Positions 9,557 through 18,509 of a DNA stretch of 64,000 bases are shown here, piece after piece. Source of the stretch: a virus; IMG/VR virus record IMGVR_UViG_3300019888_000003, positions 14,344 through 78,343 of that record; one strand, 5' to 3'. Position numbers and translations under genes: made by a program. The first letter of the stretch is position 1, and every line of letters starts with the position of its first letter. A model generated the notes under the pieces. It did not search any database, was not told the origin of the DNA, and saw only the letters and a program-made list of their open reading frames with translations.

Positions 9557-12424
9557 ATGCGTGCCAATGGCCAGAAGGATCTGCTGACTGACCTGAAATT
9601 CGACCCTGTGCAGGCGTTTCGGAGTGGTTTGGACCCGAAACCCCAGTGGGATTCGATCATTGAGTTCGCTACGCACCGATCTTTCTGTGGTCTGCGGCTC
9701 TATCCCCGGCAGATCACGCTGCTGCGTCTGATTTACCTCGAAACCGAGACGATGACGGCCTACGACCTCGACGTGATCGAGCAATGGCGAGAGGGTTTCC
9801 TGAATCACGACTCTCCCGAGGGCGTGCAGACCGACATCTGGGACCGGATTCAGTACCTCAAGGAGCGCGGATACCGGCATTTCCCGCATATCGAGGCGAT
9901 TATCGGGCGACGTGGGTCCAAGGGCAAGATCGGGGGCGTTCTCGGTGCTGAAAAGATGGCATATCTCTACAGTCTGGACGATTGGCAGAGCCATTACGGA
10001 GTGAGCCCCGGCAAGGACGGTTTCCTGTCGGTGGTGGCGGTCAACTCCATCCAGGCCAAGAAGTTTCAGTTCGCGGATATTCGCGAAACGGTCGAGAACT
10101 GCAAATATCTTCAGTCCGCCATTGCCACATCGAACGGCTACGAGGTGGCCTTGCGCACGCCTGCTGATCTGAGGCGAATCGCGTACTTGCACAAGAACAA
10201 AATCCCTATCGAGCACCAAATTGCTTCGCTGCACGCGACGGCGATGTCGTCGAACTCCGCCTCCGGTCGTGGTGCGACGGGATTTGCGAACATCTACGAC
10301 GAGTTCGCCCACATGATCACCAACACCGGAAGCCAGCGGTCGAGCGAGGAAATCTACGAGGCCTATCAGCCCTCCCTCGACCAGTTCGGCAAGGACTCGC
10401 TGACTTACATCCCTTCTTCGCCCTTCTGTCTCAGTCCGGAAACTCCGGTGCTTACCGACGATCTGCGCTGGGTACCAGTTGGATCGTTGCAGGTGGGAGA
10501 CAAGCTGGTCGGCTTCGACGAAGACGCACCAAGCCGAGGTGTAGGCCGACGATGGCAGCAGGCAGAGGTCACCGAAACCTCGGTGATTCGCGCACCCCGC
10601 TACACGATCACGATGTCGAGCGGGCGGCAGATCACCTCGACCAGCGAGCATCGCTGGCTTACGTCGTGGGCATCGCAGAAGTCGCGCTGGGATTGGCGTA
10701 AGACCTCCGAGCTAAAGCCAGGCGACCGCATCAAGTCGATTGGTGTCGATCCGTGGGGCACCGACAACACCCGAGAGGGCGGCTACCTCGCTGGCATTTT
10801 CGACGGCGAGGGGCACCTGTCCGGTCAGGTCGGACGCAACATGACGCTGGGCTTCACGCAGAATCGCGGACCAGTGCGAGAGCGCGTCTACGACCTGTTA
10901 ACCGAGCGCGGCTACAAGGTGCAGGACTACACAGGCGAGTCGTCGCGCATCAGCAAAATGCGAATCGGCGGCTCCGTAGGCGACGTGATGCGCTTCCTCG
11001 GCTCGGTTCGCCCCGAGCGTTTGCTGCCGAAGTTCGGCGACATGTTCTATGGCTCGCGCATCTACGGACCAGCCAGTCAGGCAGTCGAGACTGTGGTTTC
11101 CGTCGAATACAAGGACGAGGGCGACGTGATTGCACTCGGTACCTCGACGGCCACTCTGGTAGCCGATGGCTTGCTCAGCCATAACACTCAGGTCGGACAT
11201 TTCTTTTCCCTCTACAAGGAGGGGAAGGTGCTGATGAGCACCTTCGACAAGGAGACCGGAGAGACGCGGCTGGAGGAGAAGACCGCCAGGGAGCTAGGGC
11301 ACAGTGACGGGGATGCGGAGCGCAAGGTCGTTGAACTTGCTGCCAACCCCGAGATGCTGGTTGTTCAGTTGCCGAGTTGGGGGCTCTACGAGGATTGGCG
11401 CAAGTCGCCCACACTTGGTGGGCCTCTGTTCAAGCGCCCCATTCAGGCCTACGACGAGCGCATGATGCGGCTTGAGCGCAGCAACCCGCAGAAGTTCAAC
11501 GTCGAGCGTCGCAGTCAGTTCGCTTCCGTGGTCGATGCGTTCATGGACCCGCGCAAGGTCGAGGCGATGTTCGATCCGGTGCCCTGGCGAGAGAAGCTGG
11601 TTCCCCAAGATCGCGGACGTGTCGACCGTCGCTACTACGTTCACATCGACCCTGGTCTCACCAACGCCAACTTCGCGCTGGCCATCGCTCACTTGGAGTA
11701 CGCGCCCGTCGACGATTACGGCGACGTGTGGCCACACGTCATTATCGACTTCCTCAAAGTGTGGAAGCCTGGGGACTACGAGGACCACACCATCGACTAC
11801 GTTCAGGTGCAGCGCGAGGTCGCTGCGACTCTGCGTAAGTTCCCCTCCACTCACATTTTCTCCGCAGACCAGTGGAACAGCGCCGGAATGCTGGCGGCGC
11901 TACGCGAGGAGTTCGGTGCGTCTATCCAGATCAAGGAAGAGACGTTCACCGACATCTACAACCAGGAGCGCATGGACCGCATGAAGTCGGCCATCAACCT
12001 GGGTTGGGTGCACAGCTACCGCGACAACTTCTACGGTGACGGTGATTGCCTGTTGGAGTTGGAAATGAAGTTTCTTCAGAAAAAGGGCAAGAAGGTCGAC
12101 AAGCAAGAGTTCGGGCCTGTGACGACCAAAGACCTCTTCGACGCGGTGAACGTCGTAACAGATCGAATGCTCAAGGACGACTTGGACCGCTGGCAGGCGA
12201 AGATGCTGGGCACTGTATCGACGGCCATCGGCAGTTCCAACGTCGCCGGGATTCGCAGTGGGCGGGATCTGGATCGGCTCAATGCACTCAAGTCCGGGGC
12301 TCGAAGACTGCAAGGTCCTATGACTGCTCGGGAGAAGCTGCGTGAACAGACTCGGCAGCGCTCCACCACACACGGCATCGGCGTAGGAGGGGGCACGTCG
12401 CGCCTGCGGGGGATCAGGGGGTAG
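9557..12424 (+). CDS. terL: Terminase large subunit, intein-containing
   Basis: LYPRQ adenine motif, Walker A-like GRRGSKG, Walker B IYDEFAH, and nuclease motifs HIDPG, DQWNS and TKDLFD. Confidence 0.92.
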   Translation: MRANGQKDLLTDLKFDPVQAFRSGLDPKPQWDSIIEFATHRSFCGLRLYPRQITLLRLIYLETETMTAYDLDVIEQWREGFLNHDSPEGVQTDIWDRIQYLKERGYRHFPHIEAIIGRRGSKGKIGGVLGAEKMAYLYSLDDWQSHYGVSPGKDGFLSVVAVNSIQAKKFQFADIRETVENCKYLQSAIATSNGYEVALRTPADLRRIAYLHKNKIPIEHQIASLHATAMSSNSASGRGATGFANIYDEFAHMITNTGSQRSSEEIYEAYQPSLDQFGKDSLTYIPSSPFCLSPETPVLTDDLRWVPVGSLQVGDKLVGFDEDAPSRGVGRRWQQAEVTETSVIRAPRYTITMSSGRQITSTSEHRWLTSWASQKSRWDWRKTSELKPGDRIKSIGVDPWGTDNTREGGYLAGIFDGEGHLSGQVGRNMTLGFTQNRGPVRERVYDLLTERGYKVQDYTGESSRISKMRIGGSVGDVMRFLGSVRPERLLPKFGDMFYGSRIYGPASQAVETVVSVEYKDEGDVIALGTSTATLVADGLLSHNTQVGHFFSLYKEGKVLMSTFDKETGETRLEEKTARELGHSDGDAERKVVELAANPEMLVVQLPSWGLYEDWRKSPTLGGPLFKRPIQAYDERMMRLERSNPQKFNVERRSQFASVVDAFMDPRKVEAMFDPVPWREKLVPQDRGRVDRRYYVHIDPGLTNANFALAIAHLEYAPVDDYGDVWPHVIIDFLKVWKPGDYEDHTIDYVQVQREVAATLRKFPSTHIFSADQWNSAGMLAALREEFGASIQIKEETFTDIYNQERMDRMKSAINLGWVHSYRDNFYGDGDCLLELEMKFLQKKGKKVDKQEFGPVTTKDLFDAVNVVTDRMLKDDLDRWQAKMLGTVSTAIGSSNVAGIRSGRDLDRLNALKSGARRLQGPMTAREKLREQTRQRSTTHGIGVGGGTSRLRGIRG
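10427..11185 (+). mobile_element. Intein (253 aa) with a LAGLIDADG-type endonuclease motif
   Basis: Starts CLSPETPVLT, block B TSEHRW, YLAGIFDGEG, ends LVADGLLSHN followed by Thr. Confidence 0.93.
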
Positions 12425-12431
12425 TCATGGC

Positions 12432-12878
12432 CTAGTTCGGATGATGATGTTCGGTGACATTTCCCAATTTTCTTTCCAGTATGTTCAGGCGTTGTAGAAG
12501 TCTTTCGGTTTTTCCGTTCCCGACCTGAGCGATAATGTCGCGCAGGGTGGGTAACAGATCTTGTAGGGCAGTGCTGCTCTGTTGCAATAGACGCGAGGTC
12601 GCAAGCAACTGCTGGCGTGTCTTGGTCAGTTCGGACTCGGTCGCCTCCAGTCTGCCTTCGGTCTGGGTCAGGCGTTTGTCCTGTCCAGTAGCCTGCTTTT
12701 CATATAATTCGATCATGGTGGAGGTGGCATTGGCGATCACTTCTGATGCCTCGGCCCTGATTGTCTTCTGTTCGTCTTTGATTTTGTTCTTGTTCAGAAC
12801 ACCGAGCACGAGCGCAGAGAAACCACCGCTCCCGAACACAGCAACGACGACGGCGATTATTACTTGGGCGGAGTCCAT
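12432..12878 (-). CDS. Membrane protein, N-terminal TM helix + coiled coil
   Basis: Hydrophobic IIAVVVAVFGSGGFSALV followed by a heptad-rich region. Confidence 0.75.
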   Translation of the reverse strand: MDSAQVIIAVVVAVFGSGGFSALVLGVLNKNKIKDEQKTIRAEASEVIANATSTMIELYEKQATGQDKRLTQTEGRLEATESELTKTRQQLLATSRLLQQSSTALQDLLPTLRDIIAQVGNGKTERLLQRLNILERKLGNVTEHHHPN

Positions 12879-12881
12879 GAA

Positions 12882-13436
12882 CTACTCCCCCTTTCCGTCT
12901 TCGGTTATTTCGATCTCTGGCATTTCGCCGGTCTTGGCCTCTTCCGTGACCATCTGACTTCTCTCCTTGGCCTGTTCGACCAGTTGACGCTCTACCTCTT
13001 CGGCCAACTTCTGCTCACGTTTTTTTCTTGTGGGCCATAGCTCACGCACAATACGGTAGCTCCGTCTGAGCATGATGGCACCGATCAGAAACAGGATTGG
13101 TACCGTGAGCGATCCAGCGATCTGGGCAGGGGAAAGGATGATTGCCGTGGCATAGGAGAACAGTAATCCCGCCAGCGTGAGCTGCCCGGACAGCTCCAGC
13201 ATCATTCCCCACTCGTCGTCTGGGATGAGTGTCCCGATGAGAATCACCGCCGATGCGATGACCAGACTCCAGGCCCAAATGGTCTGAAACAGCGGCCCTG
13301 TCGTTGCAGCCAGGGTGGGTGGGACGACACCGTAATAGAGCTGCCCGATACCGGACAGAAAGAACAGGGCGATGAACCCGACTTGCCATTCGTTTCGTGC
13401 CGCCTTGTGCACAAGGTTCGTTGTGCTAATGGTCAT
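12882..13436 (-). CDS. Multi-pass membrane protein
   Basis: About four hydrophobic segments and a charged tail; GGAG RBS upstream. Confidence 0.75.
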   Translation of the reverse strand: MTISTTNLVHKAARNEWQVGFIALFFLSGIGQLYYGVVPPTLAATTGPLFQTIWAWSLVIASAVILIGTLIPDDEWGMMLELSGQLTLAGLLFSYATAIILSPAQIAGSLTVPILFLIGAIMLRRSYRIVRELWPTRKKREQKLAEEVERQLVEQAKERSQMVTEEAKTGEMPEIEITEDGKGE

Positions 13437-13645
13437 GTCGCTACTCCGGTTCTCGGTGGCTGTGTTCGGGAACTGGGGCCGAAGGGACAGTGAACGGCAC
13501 GATGGATAACGTGGTGAGCAATGTGGCCTTGACCGCGACGGTGCGGTAGTTCATGGGATCCATCATGCGCCCTCCGCGTGGACGCTAGACTTCGGATAGT
13601 GTTAACACACTTTCCACCTCCACCAACCTGAGGAGGTTGTTCCAG

Positions 13646-13840
13646 GTGCATCATCGTTTTCTCGACTCGCCCAGTGCCCAGCTCGAAGAAAATATCGTCA
13701 TCCCTCTCGACGAGCAGAAACAGGCCTCCAGGATTGTCGCGGACAAGGTGGCGGTAGTTGTCGACGGACGGGTGAGCAACCCTCAAGAGGTGCTCGGAAT
13801 ACTTCAGATGCTGGGGCTTGCCCCTTCCGATTTCACGTAA
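13646..13840 (+). CDS. Small hypothetical protein
   Basis: GAGGAGG RBS; ends EVLGILQMLGL, a pattern common in small actinophage proteins. Confidence 0.6.
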   Translation: MHHRFLDSPSAQLEENIVIPLDEQKQASRIVADKVAVVVDGRVSNPQEVLGILQMLGLAPSDFT

Positions 13841-13849
13841 GGAAATCCT

Positions 13850-14656
13850 TTGACGATCAACGCCGATTACGAAGAGCTGCTCGATGAGATACTCACTCAC
13901 GGTTCGAGCAAGGGTGATCGCACCGGAACCGGAACTTTCTCGTTGTTTGCGCGACAGCTCCGCTACGACCTTTCCAAGGGATTTCCCCTGATTACCACCA
14001 AGAAAATTTTTACGAAGGCAGTCGTTCACGAGCTGATTTGGTTCTTGTCCGGGGCGACGAATATTAAATATCTCATCGACAACGATGTTCACATCTGGGA
14101 CGACTGGGCTGACAATGACGGTGAGCTGGGTCCGGTCTATGGATATCAGTGGCGGCACTGGGGTCAGGATGACATGGACTGGGAGGGAATCGACCAGATC
14201 GCTGCGCTCATCGAGGGCATTCGCAAGGACCCCGAAGGTCGACGGCACATCGTCACGGCGTGGAATCCCAGCGATCTCTCCCAACAGGCACTTCCGCCGT
14301 GCCATTACGCCTTCCAGTGCTACGTCGCGGACGGCAAGCTGAGTCTGATCATCAATCAGCGCTCGTGTGACATGTTCCTAGGCGTGCCGTTCAACATCGC
14401 CAGCTATGCCCTGCTCACGCACATGATCGCAGCGCAGACCGATCTGGAGGTCGGGGAGTTTGTGTGGAGCGGAGCGGACTGTCACATCTACCTGAATCAT
14501 GTCGCACAGGTGGAGCAGCAGCTCTCGCGCGTGCCCTACCCCTTCCCGACACTGAAGCTAGCGAAGCGAGACAGCATCTTCGACTATCGCTACGAGGACA
14601 TCGTGATCGAGGACTACACGTGCCACCCGGCCATTCGCGCAGAGGTCGCAGTGTAA
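13850..14656 (+). CDS. thyA: Thymidylate synthase
   Basis: [56 protein letters not shown]. Confidence 0.97.
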   Translation: MTINADYEELLDEILTHGSSKGDRTGTGTFSLFARQLRYDLSKGFPLITTKKIFTKAVVHELIWFLSGATNIKYLIDNDVHIWDDWADNDGELGPVYGYQWRHWGQDDMDWEGIDQIAALIEGIRKDPEGRRHIVTAWNPSDLSQQALPPCHYAFQCYVADGKLSLIINQRSCDMFLGVPFNIASYALLTHMIAAQTDLEVGEFVWSGADCHIYLNHVAQVEQQLSRVPYPFPTLKLAKRDSIFDYRYEDIVIEDYTCHPAIRAEVAV

Positions 14657-14677
14657 GAAGCCTGAGGAGGCAACGAC

Positions 14678-15184
14678 ATGACGACGATATTGTCCATAGA
14701 CCCAGGCAACACTGAGAGCGGGTGGGCGTTGATCGACGCCAATACTCGGGGGGCGCTCCAGTTCGGCAAGTCCAGCAACAACGACCTGCGTACGTGGTTG
14801 CTCGACGGAGAACTGAAGGCCGATTTCTGCGCTATCGAAATGGTGGCGTCCTACGGCATGGCGGTCGGCAAGGACGTGTTCGAGACCTGTGTGTGGATCG
14901 GTCGGTTTCTCGAATGCGTAGAAGGATGTGTGGAAGGGGGAACGCGGCTCGTCTATCGTCGCCCGGTCAAGATGCACTTCTGCCACAGTGCCAAGGCCAA
15001 GGACTCCAACGTCACTCAGGCCCTGGTAGATCGGTTCGCTCCAGGTCAGCCCAATCACGGCAAGGGGACGAAGGTTGCGCCGGGATGGTTCCACGGCTTC
15101 AGGTCCGACGTCTGGCAAAGTTATGCATTGGCTGTCTACATGGCTGACTTGCTTGAGGAGCGCAACGGAGATCCCATCGCATGA
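14678..15184 (+). CDS. RuvC-like Holliday junction resolvase
   Basis: ILSIDPG...SGWA, AIEMVASYGMAVG, AKDSNV and DVWQSYALAV motifs. Confidence 0.8.
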   Translation: MTTILSIDPGNTESGWALIDANTRGALQFGKSSNNDLRTWLLDGELKADFCAIEMVASYGMAVGKDVFETCVWIGRFLECVEGCVEGGTRLVYRRPVKMHFCHSAKAKDSNVTQALVDRFAPGQPNHGKGTKVAPGWFHGFRSDVWQSYALAVYMADLLEERNGDPIA

Positions 15185-15435
15185 ATCCGCTCTGGAGCTA
15201 CGTCCTGACAGGCATCGGGGTCACCGGGCTGTACGCCGTGACGAACAAGAAGTGGTGGGGTTTCGCTATCGGTCTGTTCGTTCAGCTCCTGTGGGTTGCG
15301 TACGCCGTCACGACGCGGCAGCACGGTTTCATCGGTTCTGCCTGTGTCTATGGGTACGTCAACTATCTCGGATGGAAGAGGTTCCGCCGAGCCGACAAGG
15401 AGCACGTCGGTGTCGCCGAGACCAGGGCCGCGTAG
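15181..15435 (+). CDS. Small PnuC-like membrane protein
   Basis: Three hydrophobic helices, KKWWGF...QLLWVAYA, terminal W-K-R. Confidence 0.55.
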   Translation: MNPLWSYVLTGIGVTGLYAVTNKKWWGFAIGLFVQLLWVAYAVTTRQHGFIGSACVYGYVNYLGWKRFRRADKEHVGVAETRAA

Positions 15436-15616
15436 GCCCCTGTTCGCCGCTCGGGTGGATGCCGAGGATGTGACATGGGCTGAACAGCAGGCGAGGAAAG
15501 AGGGCATTCCCTACGCTGACTTCGTACGACGGGTGGTGAGTTTCTCGCGAATGAACATGCCGCTCGGATGGGAGAAGCCCGACGAGAACGATCATTGCCC
15601 CGCTGATCCTTCCTGA
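15410..15616 (+). CDS. Ribbon-helix-helix-like DNA-binding protein
   Basis: AAGGAG RBS before GTG 15410; PRPGPRRPLFAARV...ARKEGIPYADFVRR pattern. Confidence 0.55.
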   Translation: MSPRPGPRRPLFAARVDAEDVTWAEQQARKEGIPYADFVRRVVSFSRMNMPLGWEKPDENDHCPADPS

Positions 15617-15647
15617 CGCAATAGGTAGAGGACGAGGAGGTTTTCGA

Positions 15648-15935
15648 ATGATCTACATTCGCCTCTACGGTGGCCAGCAAGATGGTCTGTGTTTGCCGAC
15701 CAACCATGCACCAGATGTCGTGTGGGTCTCCACTATCGAAGAGGAACGTCGACAGGCCGCGCTGCGTGAACAGGGCATCGAACCAGAGCCCCTGATTGGC
15801 GTGGAAAACGCCAGATCCACTTTGCTCCCCTACACCAAGTATCGGTGTCTACTGGACACCATGGGCAACACTATTTTCGACTACGAGTTCTCGGAGGCGT
15901 TGCTGCTCTATCAGGACGAGGAGTCGTCCTCGTGA
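15648..15935 (+). CDS. Hypothetical protein
   Basis: GAGGAGG RBS; IRLYGGQQDG N-terminus. Confidence 0.7.
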   Translation: MIYIRLYGGQQDGLCLPTNHAPDVVWVSTIEEERRQAALREQGIEPEPLIGVENARSTLLPYTKYRCLLDTMGNTIFDYEFSEALLLYQDEESSS

Positions 15936-16006
15936 CCTCTACTGGTAATCGGCACTTCCGCCGTACCAATAGATAGAAGGAAGTGTTAACAGGAGAGGAG
16001 AGGCCG

Positions 16007-16582
16007 GTGTTCACCTCCAGGCAGGAAGTTACCGCTCGTGAGGTCGGGTCGGCTCATGCTCAGTTGGTTGCGCTTCTCGCGGCGCGTGATCAGTGGTACG
16101 ACGGAACCATCGCCTCCGTCGACAATCGGATGTCTGCTCTCGCTCGCGCCTTGCCCCTGGTCAGGCGCGTTTCGATGCAGGATCACGAGATGCTGGCCGA
16201 GGCTGAGAAGCTTCGTGTCGAGCACTCCACGTTGATGGCGTTCAAGCGCGAAATGCTGAACCCGTCTCCACCTACCCGTAATTTTCCGCGTAAGTCTTCG
16301 GTCGGCAATCTCACGCCGTGGGGCCGTCGTTTCATCGCCACGGAGATGCGACAGTTCCTCGCCGACAACGTCGACGCGGTAGGTGATCCCGATGAGTTGG
16401 ATACTCGCGCCCAGGATCACGCGGAGATCGCTACCATGCAGCTACCCGTCACCGAAGCACGGAGCGTGGTCGCGCACTTTCGCATGGCGGTGAACTGGAA
16501 TGTGCGCAACACTTCGCGCCCGGTGCCCCGCCAGGCGGCGGTCGTGAATACCGACTTTCCGGACGATGCGCTGTTCGACTGA
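16007..16582 (+). CDS. Hypothetical protein, probably head-associated
   Basis: GAGGAGAGG RBS before GTG; C-terminal DFPDDALFD; candidate late promoter upstream. Confidence 0.7.
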   Translation: MFTSRQEVTAREVGSAHAQLVALLAARDQWYDGTIASVDNRMSALARALPLVRRVSMQDHEMLAEAEKLRVEHSTLMAFKREMLNPSPPTRNFPRKSSVGNLTPWGRRFIATEMRQFLADNVDAVGDPDELDTRAQDHAEIATMQLPVTEARSVVAHFRMAVNWNVRNTSRPVPRQAAVVNTDFPDDALFD

Positions 16583-16646
16583 GAAAATAAATCGAGGGAA
16601 GAGAAGAGGGTAGATTCGATTCCCTGGTACTCATTGAGGGATCGAG

Positions 16647-17342
16647 GTGGTCCCAGTGTCGTCTGGTAGCGGTGGGGAAACCGCAGACAGTCCTTCTGCT
16701 TGGACACCCGACTTGCTGTACCTGTATTTCATCGGACGCCTCAACGCGGTCGAGGAGATTGCGCATACTCAGGTTGCGGCGTCCGAGAAGCTCACTGCGC
16801 ACGAGTTGCTGGCGTTGTCCTCCAAGCTGGACGAACGGTATCAGACGCAAACCAAGGCCCTCGACGCGGCATTCGTGGCTCAGCAGTTGGCCATGACGAC
16901 GGCGTTCACTGCTGCTGACAAAGCGGTAGCAGCCGCACTGGCTGCGCAGGAAAAGGCCGTCGACAAAGCGAATATCGCCAACGAAAAAAGATTTGAGAGC
17001 GTGAACGAATTCAGGGCTCAACTCAACGATATGGTGAATACGTTGATGCCACGCCAGGAGGCAGAGAGCCGATTCCTGGCCATTATCGAGAAATTGGAAA
17101 TGGCGAACACGGCCATCAGCAACATGGTCCCTCGAACGGAGATGAATGCACGGCTGGGGGCACTGATCGAGAAACTGGACCTCGTGATCACTCGTTCGGG
17201 TGTCACGGAACGGGCGATGTCCTCTCGGCTCGACATGTCCCAGGGACAGAGCGCAGGAATGCGTGATTTCTGGGGCTGGATCGTTGGCGGTATCGGTGTG
17301 CTCGGTGGCATCGTTGCGCTGTACTTCACACTGAAGGGGTGA
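16647..17342 (+). CDS. Coiled-coil protein with C-terminal TM helix
   Basis: Ala-rich coiled coil, NEFRAQL motif, C-terminal WGWIVGGIGVLGGIVALYF. Confidence 0.75.
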   Translation: MVPVSSGSGGETADSPSAWTPDLLYLYFIGRLNAVEEIAHTQVAASEKLTAHELLALSSKLDERYQTQTKALDAAFVAQQLAMTTAFTAADKAVAAALAAQEKAVDKANIANEKRFESVNEFRAQLNDMVNTLMPRQEAESRFLAIIEKLEMANTAISNMVPRTEMNARLGALIEKLDLVITRSGVTERAMSSRLDMSQGQSAGMRDFWGWIVGGIGVLGGIVALYFTLKG

Positions 17343-17352
17343 GGTAATCGCG

Positions 17353-17523
17353 ATGCCGTTGTTCTTCGGGCGAAGTCGGCGTAGTGCCGATGCAGATGCC
17401 GAAATGCTACGAGATACCCGCGAGGCGCTCAGTGATCTTCGGGGGCTGTTGGACACTTTGAAGATCGAAGCCGCCGCAGAGCAATATCGCAACGACCCCG
17501 GCTCGAAGGAGTATTACCTGTGA
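17353..17523 (+). CDS. Small hypothetical protein (56 aa, below the ORF-track cutoff)
   Basis: GAGGT RBS; MPLFFGRSRR...EYYL; GTGA overlap with the next gene. Confidence 0.6.
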   Translation: MPLFFGRSRRSADADAEMLRDTREALSDLRGLLDTLKIEAAAEQYRNDPGSKEYYL

Positions 17524-17930
17524 ACGCAAAAGATTCCATCGACAGACCTTCGTTGGTCGAGGCGGTCGACAGACTGGAAGGGGCGATCACCAAGCTGGCC
17601 ACCCGCTCCGACGTGCAAGAGGAATCGCTTCGACGTAATCGCAACGTGCTTCGTGTCGCGATCGTCGGATTGGCCCTCGACCTGCTCTTGACGATTTTCG
17701 GTGGCTATCTGTTCAACGAGATCCGTGGCAACACGACCGATATCGAGACGGTGCAGACACGAACGTCGGTGCAGGTGTTGTGTCCGTTGTATCAGGTGTT
17801 TCTCAATTCGATCAAGGCGAATCCACACCCACCTGGTCTGACGCCGGAGCAGCAGAAGGACCGCGACGATGCGACGATCACCATCCAGGAGGGGTACGAC
17901 ATCCTCCAGTGCACTACCATTCCGCACTAG
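17520..17930 (+). CDS. Single-pass membrane protein
   Basis: Basic RRNR, then a TM helix, then a domain with two Cys. Confidence 0.7.
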   Translation: MNAKDSIDRPSLVEAVDRLEGAITKLATRSDVQEESLRRNRNVLRVAIVGLALDLLLTIFGGYLFNEIRGNTTDIETVQTRTSVQVLCPLYQVFLNSIKANPHPPGLTPEQQKDRDDATITIQEGYDILQCTTIPH

Positions 17931-18005
17931 TTTCGACCTCGGCACGGAACGCAATAGATAGGCGGATGTTCAGCCGGATCGTTCGACAGTGGAAGGCATA
18001 GCGAC

Positions 18006-18509
18006 ATGTCCTACGGAGTTGCGGGGAAGATGTCAGATTTATTTTATGCTGCTGTACGTTCGGATGAGTTCCGGGAAGCGTGCCGTCAGCGAATGTTGGG
18101 CTCGGTGCAATCGGAAGCAACTTGCTCCAGGCGCTCGGTCGCGATGACGGGTGTGGGGGCTGGTACCCGTTCCGATAACCAGACGCCTGCGACTGGTTCA
18201 TACGTCGTGCGCACGAGCGGCTATCGAATGCTCACGCAACAAGAAGGTCATCCGCTGGCCAGTAAGAGCGGTTGTGTGTATGAGCACCGCAAGGTTCTCT
18301 ACGAGCGAATTGGGCCAGGCCCTCATCCATGTCACTGGTGTAGCAGGCTATTGGAGTGGGGCGGAGTCAAGGGAATCATTTCCGACCACTTGAACGACGA
18401 CAAGCTGGACAACAGATCTGAGAATCTGGTACCTGCCTGTAACAGATGCAACGTGAGGCGCTCCCTCGGATTGCCAATCATCGTGATGGAGAGGGAAGTT
18501 CATGCCTGA
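18006..18509 (+). CDS. HNH homing endonuclease
   Basis: GY...HPLA...VYEHRKVL, CHWC, DHLNDDKLDNRSENLVPACNRCN. Confidence 0.9.
   Translation: MSYGVAGKMSDLFYAAVRSDEFREACRQRMLGSVQSEATCSRRSVAMTGVGAGTRSDNQTPATGSYVVRTSGYRMLTQQEGHPLASKSGCVYEHRKVLYERIGPGPHPCHWCSRLLEWGGVKGIISDHLNDDKLDNRSENLVPACNRCNVRRSLGLPIIVMEREVHA

Noticed and set aside
13627-14670. Recurring CCTGAGGAGG (also near 38040)
   Set aside because: Explained as a strong Shine-Dalgarno sequence; too few copies to call an operator.
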